DNA of 64,000 nt from a virus: the IMG/VR virus record IMGVR_UViG_3300022562_000520, positions 36,294 through 100,293 of that record. The stretch is one strand, 5' to 3'. Below the pieces are notes generated by a model that was not told where the DNA came from, did not search any database, and saw only the letters and a program-made list of their open reading frames with translations. The position numbers and the translations under genes were made by a program. Positions 29,938-39,608 of this stretch are shown in pieces. The number at the start of each line of letters is the position of its first letter. Position 1 is the stretch's first letter.

Positions 29938-30029
29938 GTGTATTTAAATAAATATTTACATAGCAAAATTATAACTTTTTTATATTGAAATAGTTTTAAT
30001 TATTAACTTACATTTTAGGAGAAAAAACA

Positions 30030-31010
30030 ATGGAAGAACTGCTGCAAAAATTATTGGAAGCAGAAGTACTATCTGAAGAAACTAAAAAAGATTTAGAAAG
30101 TGCTTTCCAAACTAAATTGGACGAAGCGATTGCTGTTGCCAAGGATGACGCTGCGGCAGACGTTCGTGCAGAACTCACAGAACAGTGGGTTATAGAACGC
30201 GATCAGCTTATTGAAGCTGTCGATTCTAAGGTTACAGAATTTCTTGCTAAAGAAGTCGAAGAACTCAAAGAAGATATCGAACGTTTTCGTGATATTGAAG
30301 CTGAATATGCTGAAAAATTAGTTGAAGCTAAAGCAGCAATGTCAGACGAGTTAAAAGATGACTTGATGGAACTTGTAGAAAAAGTTGATGCATTCCTTGA
30401 AATCCGCCTTGCTGCTGAAATTGAAGAATTGCGTGAAGACCTTGACACAGTTCGTAAGAATGATTTCGGACGCCGCGTATTTGAAGCATTTGCTGAAGAA
30501 TTTGTGGCTTCATATGCCGATGAAGATTCGGCTGAAATTTCATTGCGTGAAACACAAGAACGTTTACGTGACGTAGAAGAAGCACTTGCTGAATCTGAAT
30601 CTAAGCGTAAAGAAATTGAACGCGAAATTGCAATGGAACAAGTTTTATCACCTCTCACTGGCCGCCAGCGTGAAGTGATGGAAGCAATCCTCCGTAATGT
30701 TGACACGGAACATTTGGAAGAAGGATATAAGACCTTTATTGGTCGCGTACTCCGTGAAACCTCAGAGAAGGAAGGTTCAGTACTAGCTGAGAGTAAAAAA
30801 GAAAAAGACGAAGATGATGACGACGAAGACGATAAGAAATCTAAGAAATCTAAGAAGTCTAATAAAGAAGACGACGAAGACGACGAAGATGAAAAAATCG
30901 AAGAAGGCGTAATAATCACAGGCGACAAGGAAGAAGAAATCGTGATAGAAAGTGATTCATCACATAAAGCACAGATTGCTTACTACAAGAAGCTTGCAGG
31001 TATTGAATAA
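30030..31010 (+). CDS. gp22: Prohead scaffolding protein
   Basis: Acidic coiled coil, RKNDFGRRVFEAFAEEF, C-terminal KKLAGI; lies between protease and capsid. Confidence 0.9.
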   Translation: MEELLQKLLEAEVLSEETKKDLESAFQTKLDEAIAVAKDDAAADVRAELTEQWVIERDQLIEAVDSKVTEFLAKEVEELKEDIERFRDIEAEYAEKLVEAKAAMSDELKDDLMELVEKVDAFLEIRLAAEIEELREDLDTVRKNDFGRRVFEAFAEEFVASYADEDSAEISLRETQERLRDVEEALAESESKRKEIEREIAMEQVLSPLTGRQREVMEAILRNVDTEHLEEGYKTFIGRVLRETSEKEGSVLAESKKEKDEDDDDEDDKKSKKSKKSNKEDDEDDEDEKIEEGVIITGDKEEEIVIESDSSHKAQIAYYKKLAGIE

Positions 31011-31051
31011 AATAATTAACTTTTAATTTCATTTTTCTGAGGAGAAAACTA

Positions 31052-32515
31052 ATGAATGAACTTTTCGAAAATTGGTCAGAAACTAAAGCAGCATTGCTTG
31101 AAGGTCTTTCCGCACAAAAACAAAAGGTTGTAGCACCTTTGCTTGAAAACCAGAAGCAGCAAATGATTGCTGAATCTGCGGCAGCAGGCTCTACACAAGC
31201 ACACGACATTGCTGGATTTCGTAAAATCTTAATCCCAATGATCCGTCGTATCATTCCAGGCACAATTGCTACAGAACTTGTTGGTGTACAGCCAATGACT
31301 GGTCCAGTTGGTCTGGTTTACACGTTGCGTTATCGTTACGCAGAAGCTGTTGCTAATACTACACACGCTAACCCATTTGGTCTTCCAGGCGCAATTGCGG
31401 TAGATGATGAAGTATTTGGTAATAGTTCACCAATTCGTCAATGGTATTCTGGCGCTGCTGGTCCTAACACAGGCTCACCAGAAGTTGCTGGTCCAGCTGC
31501 TGATCAACCAGCGGGTGCAGGTGCTATTGATAATGCTGATACTACAACAACAGGTATCACTGGACTTAACGCTGATGGTCATGCATGGCCTTCAAGCCTT
31601 GGCGCATCTGCTGGTAACACTGGTTACACAAACGCACTTGGTCAAGTAGTTGCAGGTTCTGTTTGGGGTGGTTCTGGTAGCTTCATCGAAGGTTCTGGTG
31701 GTCGTAAGATGACTATGGACGTTGTAAGTCAGTCTGTTGAAGCTGGAAGCCGTAAGCTCCAAGCTGGATGGACAATCGAAGCTATGCAAGATCTTAATGC
31801 ACAGCACGGTCTTGATCTTGAATCAGAAATGACACAGGCTTTGTCTGCTGAAATCGTTCAGGAAATTGACCAAGAAATCATCACTGATCTTCTTGCACTT
31901 GCAGGTACTGTTGACACGTTTGACGGTGCTGGTACTGGTGTATATGGTTTCAGTGCTGGTAACTACGCGCCTGCTTATGTAGGTGACCGTCTTGCTAACC
32001 TTGGTGTTATCATCAATCGTGTAGCAAACGAAATTGCACGTAAAACACGTCGTGGTGCTGGTAACTTCATCGTTGTTTCACCTCTTATCGTTTCTATTCT
32101 TCAGTCTGCTGCTAAGTCAGTCTTCGCACCAGCTGTTGATGGTAGCTTTAAAGGTCCAAACAACACAATGATGGTTGGTACACTTAACGGTACAATTAAG
32201 GTTTATAGCTATCTTTGGAACCAAGCAGGTGCTGGTCTTGATCTCGGTGGAGCTACTTCACCAATGGGTCAAGCTTCAGATACAATCCTTGTTGGTTATA
32301 AAGGCGGAAATGGAGAAACTGATACTGGTTACTTCTACTGCCCATACATTCCATTGATGTCATCTGGTGTTGTTGTTAACCCAACTACATTCCAGCCAGT
32401 TGTAAGTCTTATGACACGTTACGGTAAAGCCGTATTCACTACAACACAAACATCTCTTGGTAACAGCGCTGACTACTACGGTAAGATCAACGTTGCTAAC
32501 CTTGACCTTGCTTAA
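31052..32515 (+). CDS. gp23: Major capsid protein
   Basis: LIPMIRR, VGVQPMTGPVG, SRKLQAGWTIEAMQDL, ANEIARKTRRGAGN, FYCPYIPL and MTRYG; codon usage looks like a highly expressed gene. Confidence 0.97.
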   Translation: MNELFENWSETKAALLEGLSAQKQKVVAPLLENQKQQMIAESAAAGSTQAHDIAGFRKILIPMIRRIIPGTIATELVGVQPMTGPVGLVYTLRYRYAEAVANTTHANPFGLPGAIAVDDEVFGNSSPIRQWYSGAAGPNTGSPEVAGPAADQPAGAGAIDNADTTTTGITGLNADGHAWPSSLGASAGNTGYTNALGQVVAGSVWGGSGSFIEGSGGRKMTMDVVSQSVEAGSRKLQAGWTIEAMQDLNAQHGLDLESEMTQALSAEIVQEIDQEIITDLLALAGTVDTFDGAGTGVYGFSAGNYAPAYVGDRLANLGVIINRVANEIARKTRRGAGNFIVVSPLIVSILQSAAKSVFAPAVDGSFKGPNNTMMVGTLNGTIKVYSYLWNQAGAGLDLGGATSPMGQASDTILVGYKGGNGETDTGYFYCPYIPLMSSGVVVNPTTFQPVVSLMTRYGKAVFTTTQTSLGNSADYYGKINVANLDLA

Positions 32516-32540
32516 TCGCAAGTTACATGGATGTAACACA

Positions 32541-32568
32541 AAAAAGCCACCTTCGGGTGGCTTTTTTT
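32541..32568 (+). terminator. Intrinsic terminator with UUCG tetraloop
   Basis: AAAAAGCCACC-TTCG-GGTGGCTTTTTTT. Confidence 0.9.
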
Positions 32569-32592
32569 ATTGCCTGAAAAATAAATATAAAT

Positions 32593-32952
32593 ATGAGACT
32601 ATCAGAATTATTTGAATCTATAAGCGAATTTGCAGAACAAACCAAGGCTAAATATGACTTAACCGCATTTCATGTTTATGAAACTGGTAATATTATAACT
32701 CTTAGTATGTTTGAAGTTCCAAAAGCCAACCGTAAAATGGGGATTGGTTCTGCTGTTATGGCAGACCTTGTAAATTATGCAGATGTGCATAGAAAGATGA
32801 TAGTTCTTACCCCAGGACTTCAAGATTCTAGACATGGAACTACGTCGCGTTCAAGGTTAATAAAATTTTATAAACGATTTGGATTTGTTGAAAATAAGGG
32901 AAGAAATAAAGACTTTGCAATATCCGAATTAATGTATAGAAATCCAATGTAA
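32593..32952 (+). CDS. GNAT-family acetyltransferase with capsid-targeting-like N-terminus
   Basis: VPKANRKMGIGSAVM (motif A) and LIKFYKRFGF (motif B); N-terminus MRLSELFES. Confidence 0.8.
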   Translation: MRLSELFESISEFAEQTKAKYDLTAFHVYETGNIITLSMFEVPKANRKMGIGSAVMADLVNYADVHRKMIVLTPGLQDSRHGTTSRSRLIKFYKRFGFVENKGRNKDFAISELMYRNPM

Positions 32953-33028
32953 CATATTTTTTACACGAATATTGATAACTAATATAAATAATCTTAATAA
33001 TAATAACAATGGAACTTTCGTAATGGTA

Positions 33029-33364
33029 ATGAAACTTACTTTCAAAGAGTATCTTGATTCCAAAGAAAAGCTAAGAGAAGCTATTGCAGTAACTCCTAAA
33101 CAAGTTAAAGAATATACTGTAAAAAAGTATTGTAAGCTTGTTATTGGTGAAAGTAAAGATGAAAAGGAACAGGTAAATCTGAAACCTAACCAAAAAATTA
33201 TTATTGAATGGGTCTATAGAAATATAGATGAACCCACCCCTATAAAAATAATATTTGAAGGTGTTAGTCCCGATATAGATTCTGAAGACCATTCAACCTA
33301 TTGGCAATCATTAAAACTTCAAAAATGGCTTCTTAAAAACACCCGCGAAACTGAAAGATCATAA
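33029..33364 (+). CDS. Probable head-internal protein
   Basis: MKLTFKEYL...LRE start resembles the T4 internal-protein CTS; TATAAATA at 32983-90. Confidence 0.6.
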   Translation: MKLTFKEYLDSKEKLREAIAVTPKQVKEYTVKKYCKLVIGESKDEKEQVNLKPNQKIIIEWVYRNIDEPTPIKIIFEGVSPDIDSEDHSTYWQSLKLQKWLLKNTRETERS

Positions 33365-33411
33365 AAATCAGTATTTCACCACAATATAAACCTATTATTC
33401 CCAACGAATGG

Positions 33412-33419
33412 TATAAATA
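33412..33419 (+). promoter_or_regulatory. Late promoter for neck genes
   Basis: TATAAATA followed by AGGAG RBS. Confidence 0.75.
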
Positions 33420-33444
33420 CTTAATACATAGATAGGAGTATTAT

Positions 33445-36400
33445 ATGTCCGTTTTCGATCCTATTGGCGATTCTGCATTTGCTCTAAAAACAGAAGGTCA
33501 AGAAATAAAACTAACTTTTAAACAAGGGGTTCCAGCTACTGGTCAGGGAACAGTAGAATGGAATATTCCTACACCTGCCCATGGTTGCAATTCTGGTGAA
33601 GCAGGCGCATATGCAGGTATTTTAATCCTTCTTCGCACTGAACCATTAGATGCTTCAAATATTCCGCAAGATGGTGAAATATACGTTGCAGACCCGACAG
33701 CAGATGCTGATCTAAGTACAGCGGATAAAATAGGTGATGCTTTTGTAGTAGGTGTATTTTACGAAGCAGAACTAAAGGCACAAAATGGAACATTAACAAC
33801 TTCCTTAGTTATTAACAATATTAAACCTAATACCGCCTATTATATTGGTGGTTATGCTGTAGATGCACAATATAGATATCATTCCGAAGGTGTCCGTGCA
33901 TATTCAGACTCATACGGTGATAAAGCGGGAACAGGTATCCCATCTTATCAACATGTAAAATTGGGTACAAATGGTTCGGGAATTTTACCTACTGACGGAA
34001 CTGGACTATTACCGGGTGCAACATATGAATTTGATATAATTGTTGATAATAGTTTCCCAACAGGTTACGACTATAGAACAATTCAAGTATCTATTGATGG
34101 TATTAATGCAGGCACATATCAAGATTTGGTAGATGAAATTAATAAGCAGATGCAGCTATCTGATAATCCACCACAATCACCAGTTCCACCAAACACTAAT
34201 AGTTTTTATTGGGACCCAGCAGAAGAACAACTTTACCAATTTGATGGAACGACACACGATAAAATTGATGCAATAGTAGAACCTACCGATCCGGCTGTTA
34301 TAGCTATGGGTACTTATTGGTATGATTCTGCAAATAAAGTTTTAAATAGAAATAATATTCCTAATCCAACAGGATGGAATGTTATTAATCATATTGAAGG
34401 TGAATATGATTTAACTAATCCAGAATGTTCATTGTATTGGTATAATGGAACCATAGGACGTAAGTGGGATAGTACAACATGGTGCAACCAAATTACGTTA
34501 GTTTCAGCAGAAGATCCAAGCATATGTCCAACAGTTCAATGTGGTACATATTGGTATAATGAAGCAGCACTTACTTTATACAAATGGAATGAAACAACAA
34601 TTAGATGGGATGAAAAATCTGCAATATATTGGCCTGAAGCACCAAACACATTATCAGATGGTACATATTGGTTTAATGATACTAGTAATAAATTAAATTT
34701 GCGCGTAGGCTCTACATGGTCTGATATTACATCAACTTCTATAATTAGCGAAATAGAACCAACCACACTTACAGATGGATTAGTTTGGTATAAATCTTCT
34801 ACTGAAGAATTAAAAATTTATTCAACATCGTTATCTGCATGGGTAGATACTGATATATTAGTGTGGGCAGAAGATCCAACAGATGTTAATTCTTGTGATT
34901 TGTGGTGGAATTCTACAAATGATGAATTAAAAGTTTGGGATGTAGTAAACAATGAATGGGATCTTGTGATAAGTTTTGTTATTTCAAGTAATGATCCTTC
35001 ACAAATAACAGCCATCGTTGTCGATACCCTGTGGTATAATACAACAGATTCTTCCTTAACACGTTGGGATGGTAGTGATTGGGTAGCTGTTGATTTTATA
35101 GAAAAGATAACAGATCCAACTGTATTAGTAATGGGTGATGCGTGGTATAATCCAACAACAAACGAATGGAAGGTTTATAATACACCAGCATCTGGTTGGA
35201 ATATTATAAATCCAATAGACTCCCCGTTCGATCCAACAAGTATACCAAATAATACGTATTGGTATGATACTACAAATAATGCATTGTTTGTTCGTAATGG
35301 AACAACATGGACAACAGTCACATTTTCTACAATACCATATTTTCCAATAAGAAAAAGTATGTGGTATGACACATCGGAAAATATATTAAAGATGTGGGAT
35401 GGAACAGCATGGGTTGAAGCAGAATATGACGTTTCAGCATATATCAATCCAGCAGGTGGTATAACATTTAGAACTACCAAACTTGGTAGTAGTACAGCGA
35501 TATTAATACCAACACCACCCGGTTCAGTTTCAGAACCCGTTGTTGTTGGTACAGGATTTGCAGATTTTACAGAATTTGATATTAATCCGGTAACAGGATA
35601 TACATATGAACGTGATACTACCGGTCGCGTTTATTCTGCACGTCTTATCAATGATGGTTCATTTTTGTGGTCTAATTTATCACCATATGGAAAACTACAA
35701 GTACCAACTGCCGGAAATGATGGTAAATCTGGTGTTCCATCTTATATGGAAATTGGTGTTGGGACTGATGGCACGCCAGATGAACGCCGTGAATTGATGG
35801 ATAGTCTTCGAGCACAATTAGGTTATCCAGCTATTAAAGTAGAATTAACAAACTATCAATTAGACACCGCAATTCAAAATGCATTAGAAACATTTAGAAC
35901 GGTAACAGGTTCCGCTTATAGACGAGGATTTTATTTCTTAAATATAGAACCTGGTAAACAACAATATATTATGACTAATCGTGTAATGGGATATCATAGA
36001 ATTGTCAATGTAACTGCCGCATATAGATTTACATCTGCCTTTTTATCATCTGCACATGGTTCGGGTGTTTATGGTCAAGTAGTACTTCAACATTTGTATA
36101 ATATGGGCACTTTTGATTTAACAAGTTTTCACTTAGTAGCACAATATGTAGAACAATTAGAGCATTTATTTGCAACAAGATTAACACATACATTTCATGA
36201 AAATAATCGTGTGCTTTCTTTCTTTAATTCATTTACACGTCCAGAACGTGTTCTATTGGATTGTATGATAGAAAGAACAGAACAAGATTTATTCAAAGAT
36301 AGACTTACTAAGCGTTGGATTGAACGCTACGCATTGTCAGAAGCAATGTTAATGTTAGCGCAAATCCGTGGTAAGTTTTCTTCATTACCAGGCGCTGGTG

Positions 36401-36537
36401 GTGGGATATCTTTAAATGCATCGGAATTGATTACACAAGCAAATACGATACGTGAAAAGTTAGAAGAAGAAGTAGATAATTATATAGTTGATACACCAGA
36501 AGATGTAGGTCAGTATTCAACGTTTATTTTAGGTTAA
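33445..36537 (+). CDS. gp13: Neck protein gp13-like, with a ~770-aa N-terminal Trp-rich repeat extension
   Basis: C-terminal LRAQLGYPAIKVELT, WIERYALSEAMLMLAQIRGKFSSLPGAGGGISLN is the gp13 signature. Upstream are repeats of P-x-x-x-x-x-G-x-[YL]-W-[YF]. Confidence 0.85.
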   Translation: MSVFDPIGDSAFALKTEGQEIKLTFKQGVPATGQGTVEWNIPTPAHGCNSGEAGAYAGILILLRTEPLDASNIPQDGEIYVADPTADADLSTADKIGDAFVVGVFYEAELKAQNGTLTTSLVINNIKPNTAYYIGGYAVDAQYRYHSEGVRAYSDSYGDKAGTGIPSYQHVKLGTNGSGILPTDGTGLLPGATYEFDIIVDNSFPTGYDYRTIQVSIDGINAGTYQDLVDEINKQMQLSDNPPQSPVPPNTNSFYWDPAEEQLYQFDGTTHDKIDAIVEPTDPAVIAMGTYWYDSANKVLNRNNIPNPTGWNVINHIEGEYDLTNPECSLYWYNGTIGRKWDSTTWCNQITLVSAEDPSICPTVQCGTYWYNEAALTLYKWNETTIRWDEKSAIYWPEAPNTLSDGTYWFNDTSNKLNLRVGSTWSDITSTSIISEIEPTTLTDGLVWYKSSTEELKIYSTSLSAWVDTDILVWAEDPTDVNSCDLWWNSTNDELKVWDVVNNEWDLVISFVISSNDPSQITAIVVDTLWYNTTDSSLTRWDGSDWVAVDFIEKITDPTVLVMGDAWYNPTTNEWKVYNTPASGWNIINPIDSPFDPTSIPNNTYWYDTTNNALFVRNGTTWTTVTFSTIPYFPIRKSMWYDTSENILKMWDGTAWVEAEYDVSAYINPAGGITFRTTKLGSSTAILIPTPPGSVSEPVVVGTGFADFTEFDINPVTGYTYERDTTGRVYSARLINDGSFLWSNLSPYGKLQVPTAGNDGKSGVPSYMEIGVGTDGTPDERRELMDSLRAQLGYPAIKVELTNYQLDTAIQNALETFRTVTGSAYRRGFYFLNIEPGKQQYIMTNRVMGYHRIVNVTAAYRFTSAFLSSAHGSGVYGQVVLQHLYNMGTFDLTSFHLVAQYVEQLEHLFATRLTHTFHENNRVLSFFNSFTRPERVLLDCMIERTEQDLFKDRLTKRWIERYALSEAMLMLAQIRGKFSSLPGAGGGISLNASELITQANTIREKLEEEVDNYIVDTPEDVGQYSTFILG

Positions 36538-36548
36538 GGAGAAAAACC

Positions 36549-37019
36549 ATGTCAATATTAGACAAAGTAATAAAAGAAATGGGCGGCTATGGTGACATGG
36601 GCATTCCAGATAATAAGGATATGATGGATGCAACTACAACTACAGCTACTGATAGCCCTGTAGTACGTAAAGCATATCGATTATCTGATATTCTTCGTCA
36701 CCGAACACAGTCTGAAGAAGAAGAGTTTAATACATTAGAAGATGATACAGATGATCTTGGAGAAATAAAGCAATTTTTTATAGATAATCCAGAACCATCC
36801 GATGAAGATGTAGAAGCATTTGCAGAAGAACATGGGTTAGATATGCAAGAAATGCGTAGATTGGTTTATAGTCTTATTTCCTCATTGTTGGATGAAGAAG
36901 AACCAATGGATGATGATATGTCAGACGATGATATGTCAGACGATGATATGTCAGACGATGATTCAATGGATAGTGACGTTGATTTTGGTGATGAAATTGA
37001 CTTTAAATCAAAAGTATAA
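36549..37019 (+). CDS. Very acidic small protein, probably head-internal
   Basis: AAGGAG RBS, MSILDKVIKE start, FFIDNPEPSDEDV helical domain and MSDDD repeats. Confidence 0.65.
   Translation: MSILDKVIKEMGGYGDMGIPDNKDMMDATTTTATDSPVVRKAYRLSDILRHRTQSEEEEFNTLEDDTDDLGEIKQFFIDNPEPSDEDVEAFAEEHGLDMQEMRRLVYSLISSLLDEEEPMDDDMSDDDMSDDDMSDDDSMDSDVDFGDEIDFKSKV
36912..36962 (+). repeat. 15-bp tandem repeat, about 3.4 copies
   Basis: GATGATATGTCAGAC x3 plus GATGAT; encodes (DDMSD)n. Confidence 0.95.
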
Positions 37020-37033
37020 GGTAAAAATAATTA

Positions 37034-38737
37034 ATGGCATGTAATGAATTTGATAAAGGGAGTTGCAGTAACTCTGTTGGTCCTGATTACAATTTGGATT
37101 CGAATGGTAAAAAACATCCGAGCCAATCATGCGTGCCTACCGCAGATGGGAAGGGATTCCAAGCTATTCAAAATAATGATCTTAGATGTGGCCCATTTCA
37201 ATTAGAAAACGACACTGCTAATGGATATATTGATGGTTTAGTTAATGAAGCCTTAAATATCGGTGGTGCAACAATAAACGTTTATAAAATGTTAGGTGTA
37301 CATGAACAAAGTAAACTTGTTGATTGTACTGGAAGAGGGGAGGCAATATCAAATGGAGATTTACCAAATTTTCCGTCAGAAAATGCATTTGACAAATATG
37401 TTTCCGAATGGCGATCTATTCAAAAAGGAAGTGGTGTTATCGCTTCTGCTTTTATTGGTTACGATTTCGGTTACATTAAAACAGACGACGAGTCTCGTCG
37501 TGCTTATGGCATTGATACAAGCATCTATAAGCATATCACAGCAATTGCAATTAAACAAAGTTCTCAGCAGAACCGTCGAGTAACGAAAGCTAGACTTGAA
37601 CGTTCTGATGATGGTGTAAAATGGTACGGTGTTAATATTGTGCTTCTTCCGGATGATGATTGTTTAAATACAATATTAGTAAAACATTCAATTCCATCAC
37701 GCTATTGGAGACTTAGACCGATAGAATTTAATGGTACAGATACCAATGATGTATGGGCAGTTGTAGCACTCCAAATGTTTCATAACTATATGGCTACAGA
37801 TGAATATAATATCCAAGATAAAGTATTTCTTGAAAATCGTGATCGCAGTTATGCTGATGAAGAAACCCCAATAAAAGCATTTTATGAAATAGTAGATGCT
37901 ATGACAGAATTATCTCGTGTTGGTATAGATATGCCATTAACACTTTATATTACAGCAAGCTTTTCCGCTTGTGTAGCAGCGTTAGGCAGACCTATTGTTA
38001 TTGGTGATATTGTAGAAATACCTAGTCAAGCGCAATATTCAGCAGAAATGAAAAGACTTTTAAAATGGATGGAAGTTACAGATGTAACATGGGCATCTGA
38101 AGGTTTTACACCAGGATGGCAACCAACATTACTTCGAATTGTTGCACAACCTGCTTTTGTTTCGCAAGAAACACAAGATATATTTGGCGACCTTGCCGCA
38201 TCATTACCTGATGCAATGGGACTTGTTGTAGGTGAGGATGGTAAAAATGAAATATATCAAGACTACTTTGATGTTAGTAAAACTATAGAAGCTGAAGCAC
38301 GTGATAACCGTCCAGAAAATGGCGCTGAAGGTTCTAACACTATTAGAGCGTGGGAAGAATCAGAAATAAAAGCCGCCGCCGAACAAGGAATACCGAATCT
38401 CCAAAAGGTTGGATTAAATTCAACAGGTTTATATGTAGAAGATGCAATGCCACCAAATAATGCACCATTCACAACCGGTGATCAATATCCAGAAGAACCA
38501 AAGCATGGGGATTATCATAGATTAACATATTCAGGTTTAGCTGCGGATTTACCAGCAAGGTTGTATAGATATTCAGCCTCGAAAGGTAGATGGATATACT
38601 TGGAAACAGATCAGCGTGCTTTTCACAATCCAATAAAACCAACATTAAAAGAATTTATAACTAGTCCAAACGCTGTTCCAAATAGCGAAATTTCTAGAAA
38701 TCGTGAGACTATAGACGATAATTGTGAGGAAGGTTAA
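37034..38737 (+). CDS. gp14: Neck/head-closure protein gp14-like with an inserted discoidin (F5/8C-like) domain
   Basis: EALNIGGATINVYKMLG, IQDKVFLENRDRSY, LGRPIVIGDIVEIP and GDYHRL...RLYRY. The insert has NAFD..SEW, IGYDFG, RSDDGVKW and SRYWRL. Confidence 0.72.
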   Translation: MACNEFDKGSCSNSVGPDYNLDSNGKKHPSQSCVPTADGKGFQAIQNNDLRCGPFQLENDTANGYIDGLVNEALNIGGATINVYKMLGVHEQSKLVDCTGRGEAISNGDLPNFPSENAFDKYVSEWRSIQKGSGVIASAFIGYDFGYIKTDDESRRAYGIDTSIYKHITAIAIKQSSQQNRRVTKARLERSDDGVKWYGVNIVLLPDDDCLNTILVKHSIPSRYWRLRPIEFNGTDTNDVWAVVALQMFHNYMATDEYNIQDKVFLENRDRSYADEETPIKAFYEIVDAMTELSRVGIDMPLTLYITASFSACVAALGRPIVIGDIVEIPSQAQYSAEMKRLLKWMEVTDVTWASEGFTPGWQPTLLRIVAQPAFVSQETQDIFGDLAASLPDAMGLVVGEDGKNEIYQDYFDVSKTIEAEARDNRPENGAEGSNTIRAWEESEIKAAAEQGIPNLQKVGLNSTGLYVEDAMPPNNAPFTTGDQYPEEPKHGDYHRLTYSGLAADLPARLYRYSASKGRWIYLETDQRAFHNPIKPTLKEFITSPNAVPNSEISRNRETIDDNCEEG

Positions 38738-39513
38738 TGGCAACATCAGTTTTAGAAAACTACCACTATTCAAGTCAATTGCGCAAATATATTGTACAAT
38801 TTGCGGCTATATTTGCGGGTATTCAAGTTCAGGTTGGAATGCGAAATGATAAAGAACCAGAATTAATACACGTTCCTATAAAAAACGCCAGTACTGATCG
38901 GGTTGTGGCTGCAATAAAAGGCGAAAACACACAAAACAAACCTATTAGGTTACCTATAATGACATTCCAATTGGTTAACGTTGATATGGCACCAGAATTG
39001 CGAAAAGGTGTGGGGGTTAAACGTAGAACCACCTATATGCCAACGGGCGGCCAATTTCCAGATGATATGAAGGTGGTAGAACAACGCCAACCCGTACCAT
39101 ATCGTGCTGTTTTTGAACTGTTTATCTGGGCTAGTAATCAAGACCAACACTATCAAATAATGGAACAAATATTTACACTTTTCGATCCACAATTACAAAT
39201 CCAGACGGATGATGACATATTTGATTGGACAAAAATGACTTCCGTAGAAATGTTGGATGTTAGATTTGATGAAACCGTACCCGTAGGTGGTGATAGAAGA
39301 TTAATTCAATCTAGATTGGGATTTATGGCACCTATTTACCTTTCGGTACCAGCAAAAGTCCATGATAATTATGTTAAAGATATTTACCTTAGAATTGGTG
39401 CGGTCGGAAGTAATGTAAAAAATTCATACGATATTATAGCAGATTTGGATGCACAGGGTGAAGAATATGAAAAAGTATTCTCCCTAAGTGACGTAGATAT
39501 AACCAAAATTTAA
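38737..39513 (+). CDS. gp15: Tail terminator / sheath stabiliser
   Basis: YSSQLRKYIVQFAAIF, PVPY, WASNQDQHYQIMEQIFTLFDP and DWT. Confidence 0.85.
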   Translation: MATSVLENYHYSSQLRKYIVQFAAIFAGIQVQVGMRNDKEPELIHVPIKNASTDRVVAAIKGENTQNKPIRLPIMTFQLVNVDMAPELRKGVGVKRRTTYMPTGGQFPDDMKVVEQRQPVPYRAVFELFIWASNQDQHYQIMEQIFTLFDPQLQIQTDDDIFDWTKMTSVEMLDVRFDETVPVGGDRRLIQSRLGFMAPIYLSVPAKVHDNYVKDIYLRIGAVGSNVKNSYDIIADLDAQGEEYEKVFSLSDVDITKI

Positions 39514-39542
39514 TAAGATTTGCGGGTTTTTGGGTACGTCTT

Positions 39543-39550
39543 TATAAATA
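39543..39550 (+). promoter_or_regulatory. Late promoter for sheath
   Basis: TATAAATA. Confidence 0.75.
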
Positions 39551-39608
39551 CTAACAGCCACAATAGGGTAGTGGATTAAAATAATATTAAGTTTAAGGAG
39601 AATCCGAT

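Noticed and set aside
30203-30928. 241-aa Ser-rich antisense ORF, likewise 49918-50652 and many short shadow ORFs
   Set aside because: These are reverse-complement shadows of GAA/AAA-rich real genes and lack RBS or promoter support.
36912-36962. CRISPR-like array
   Set aside because: Head-to-tail in-frame coding repeat with no spacers and no cas genes.
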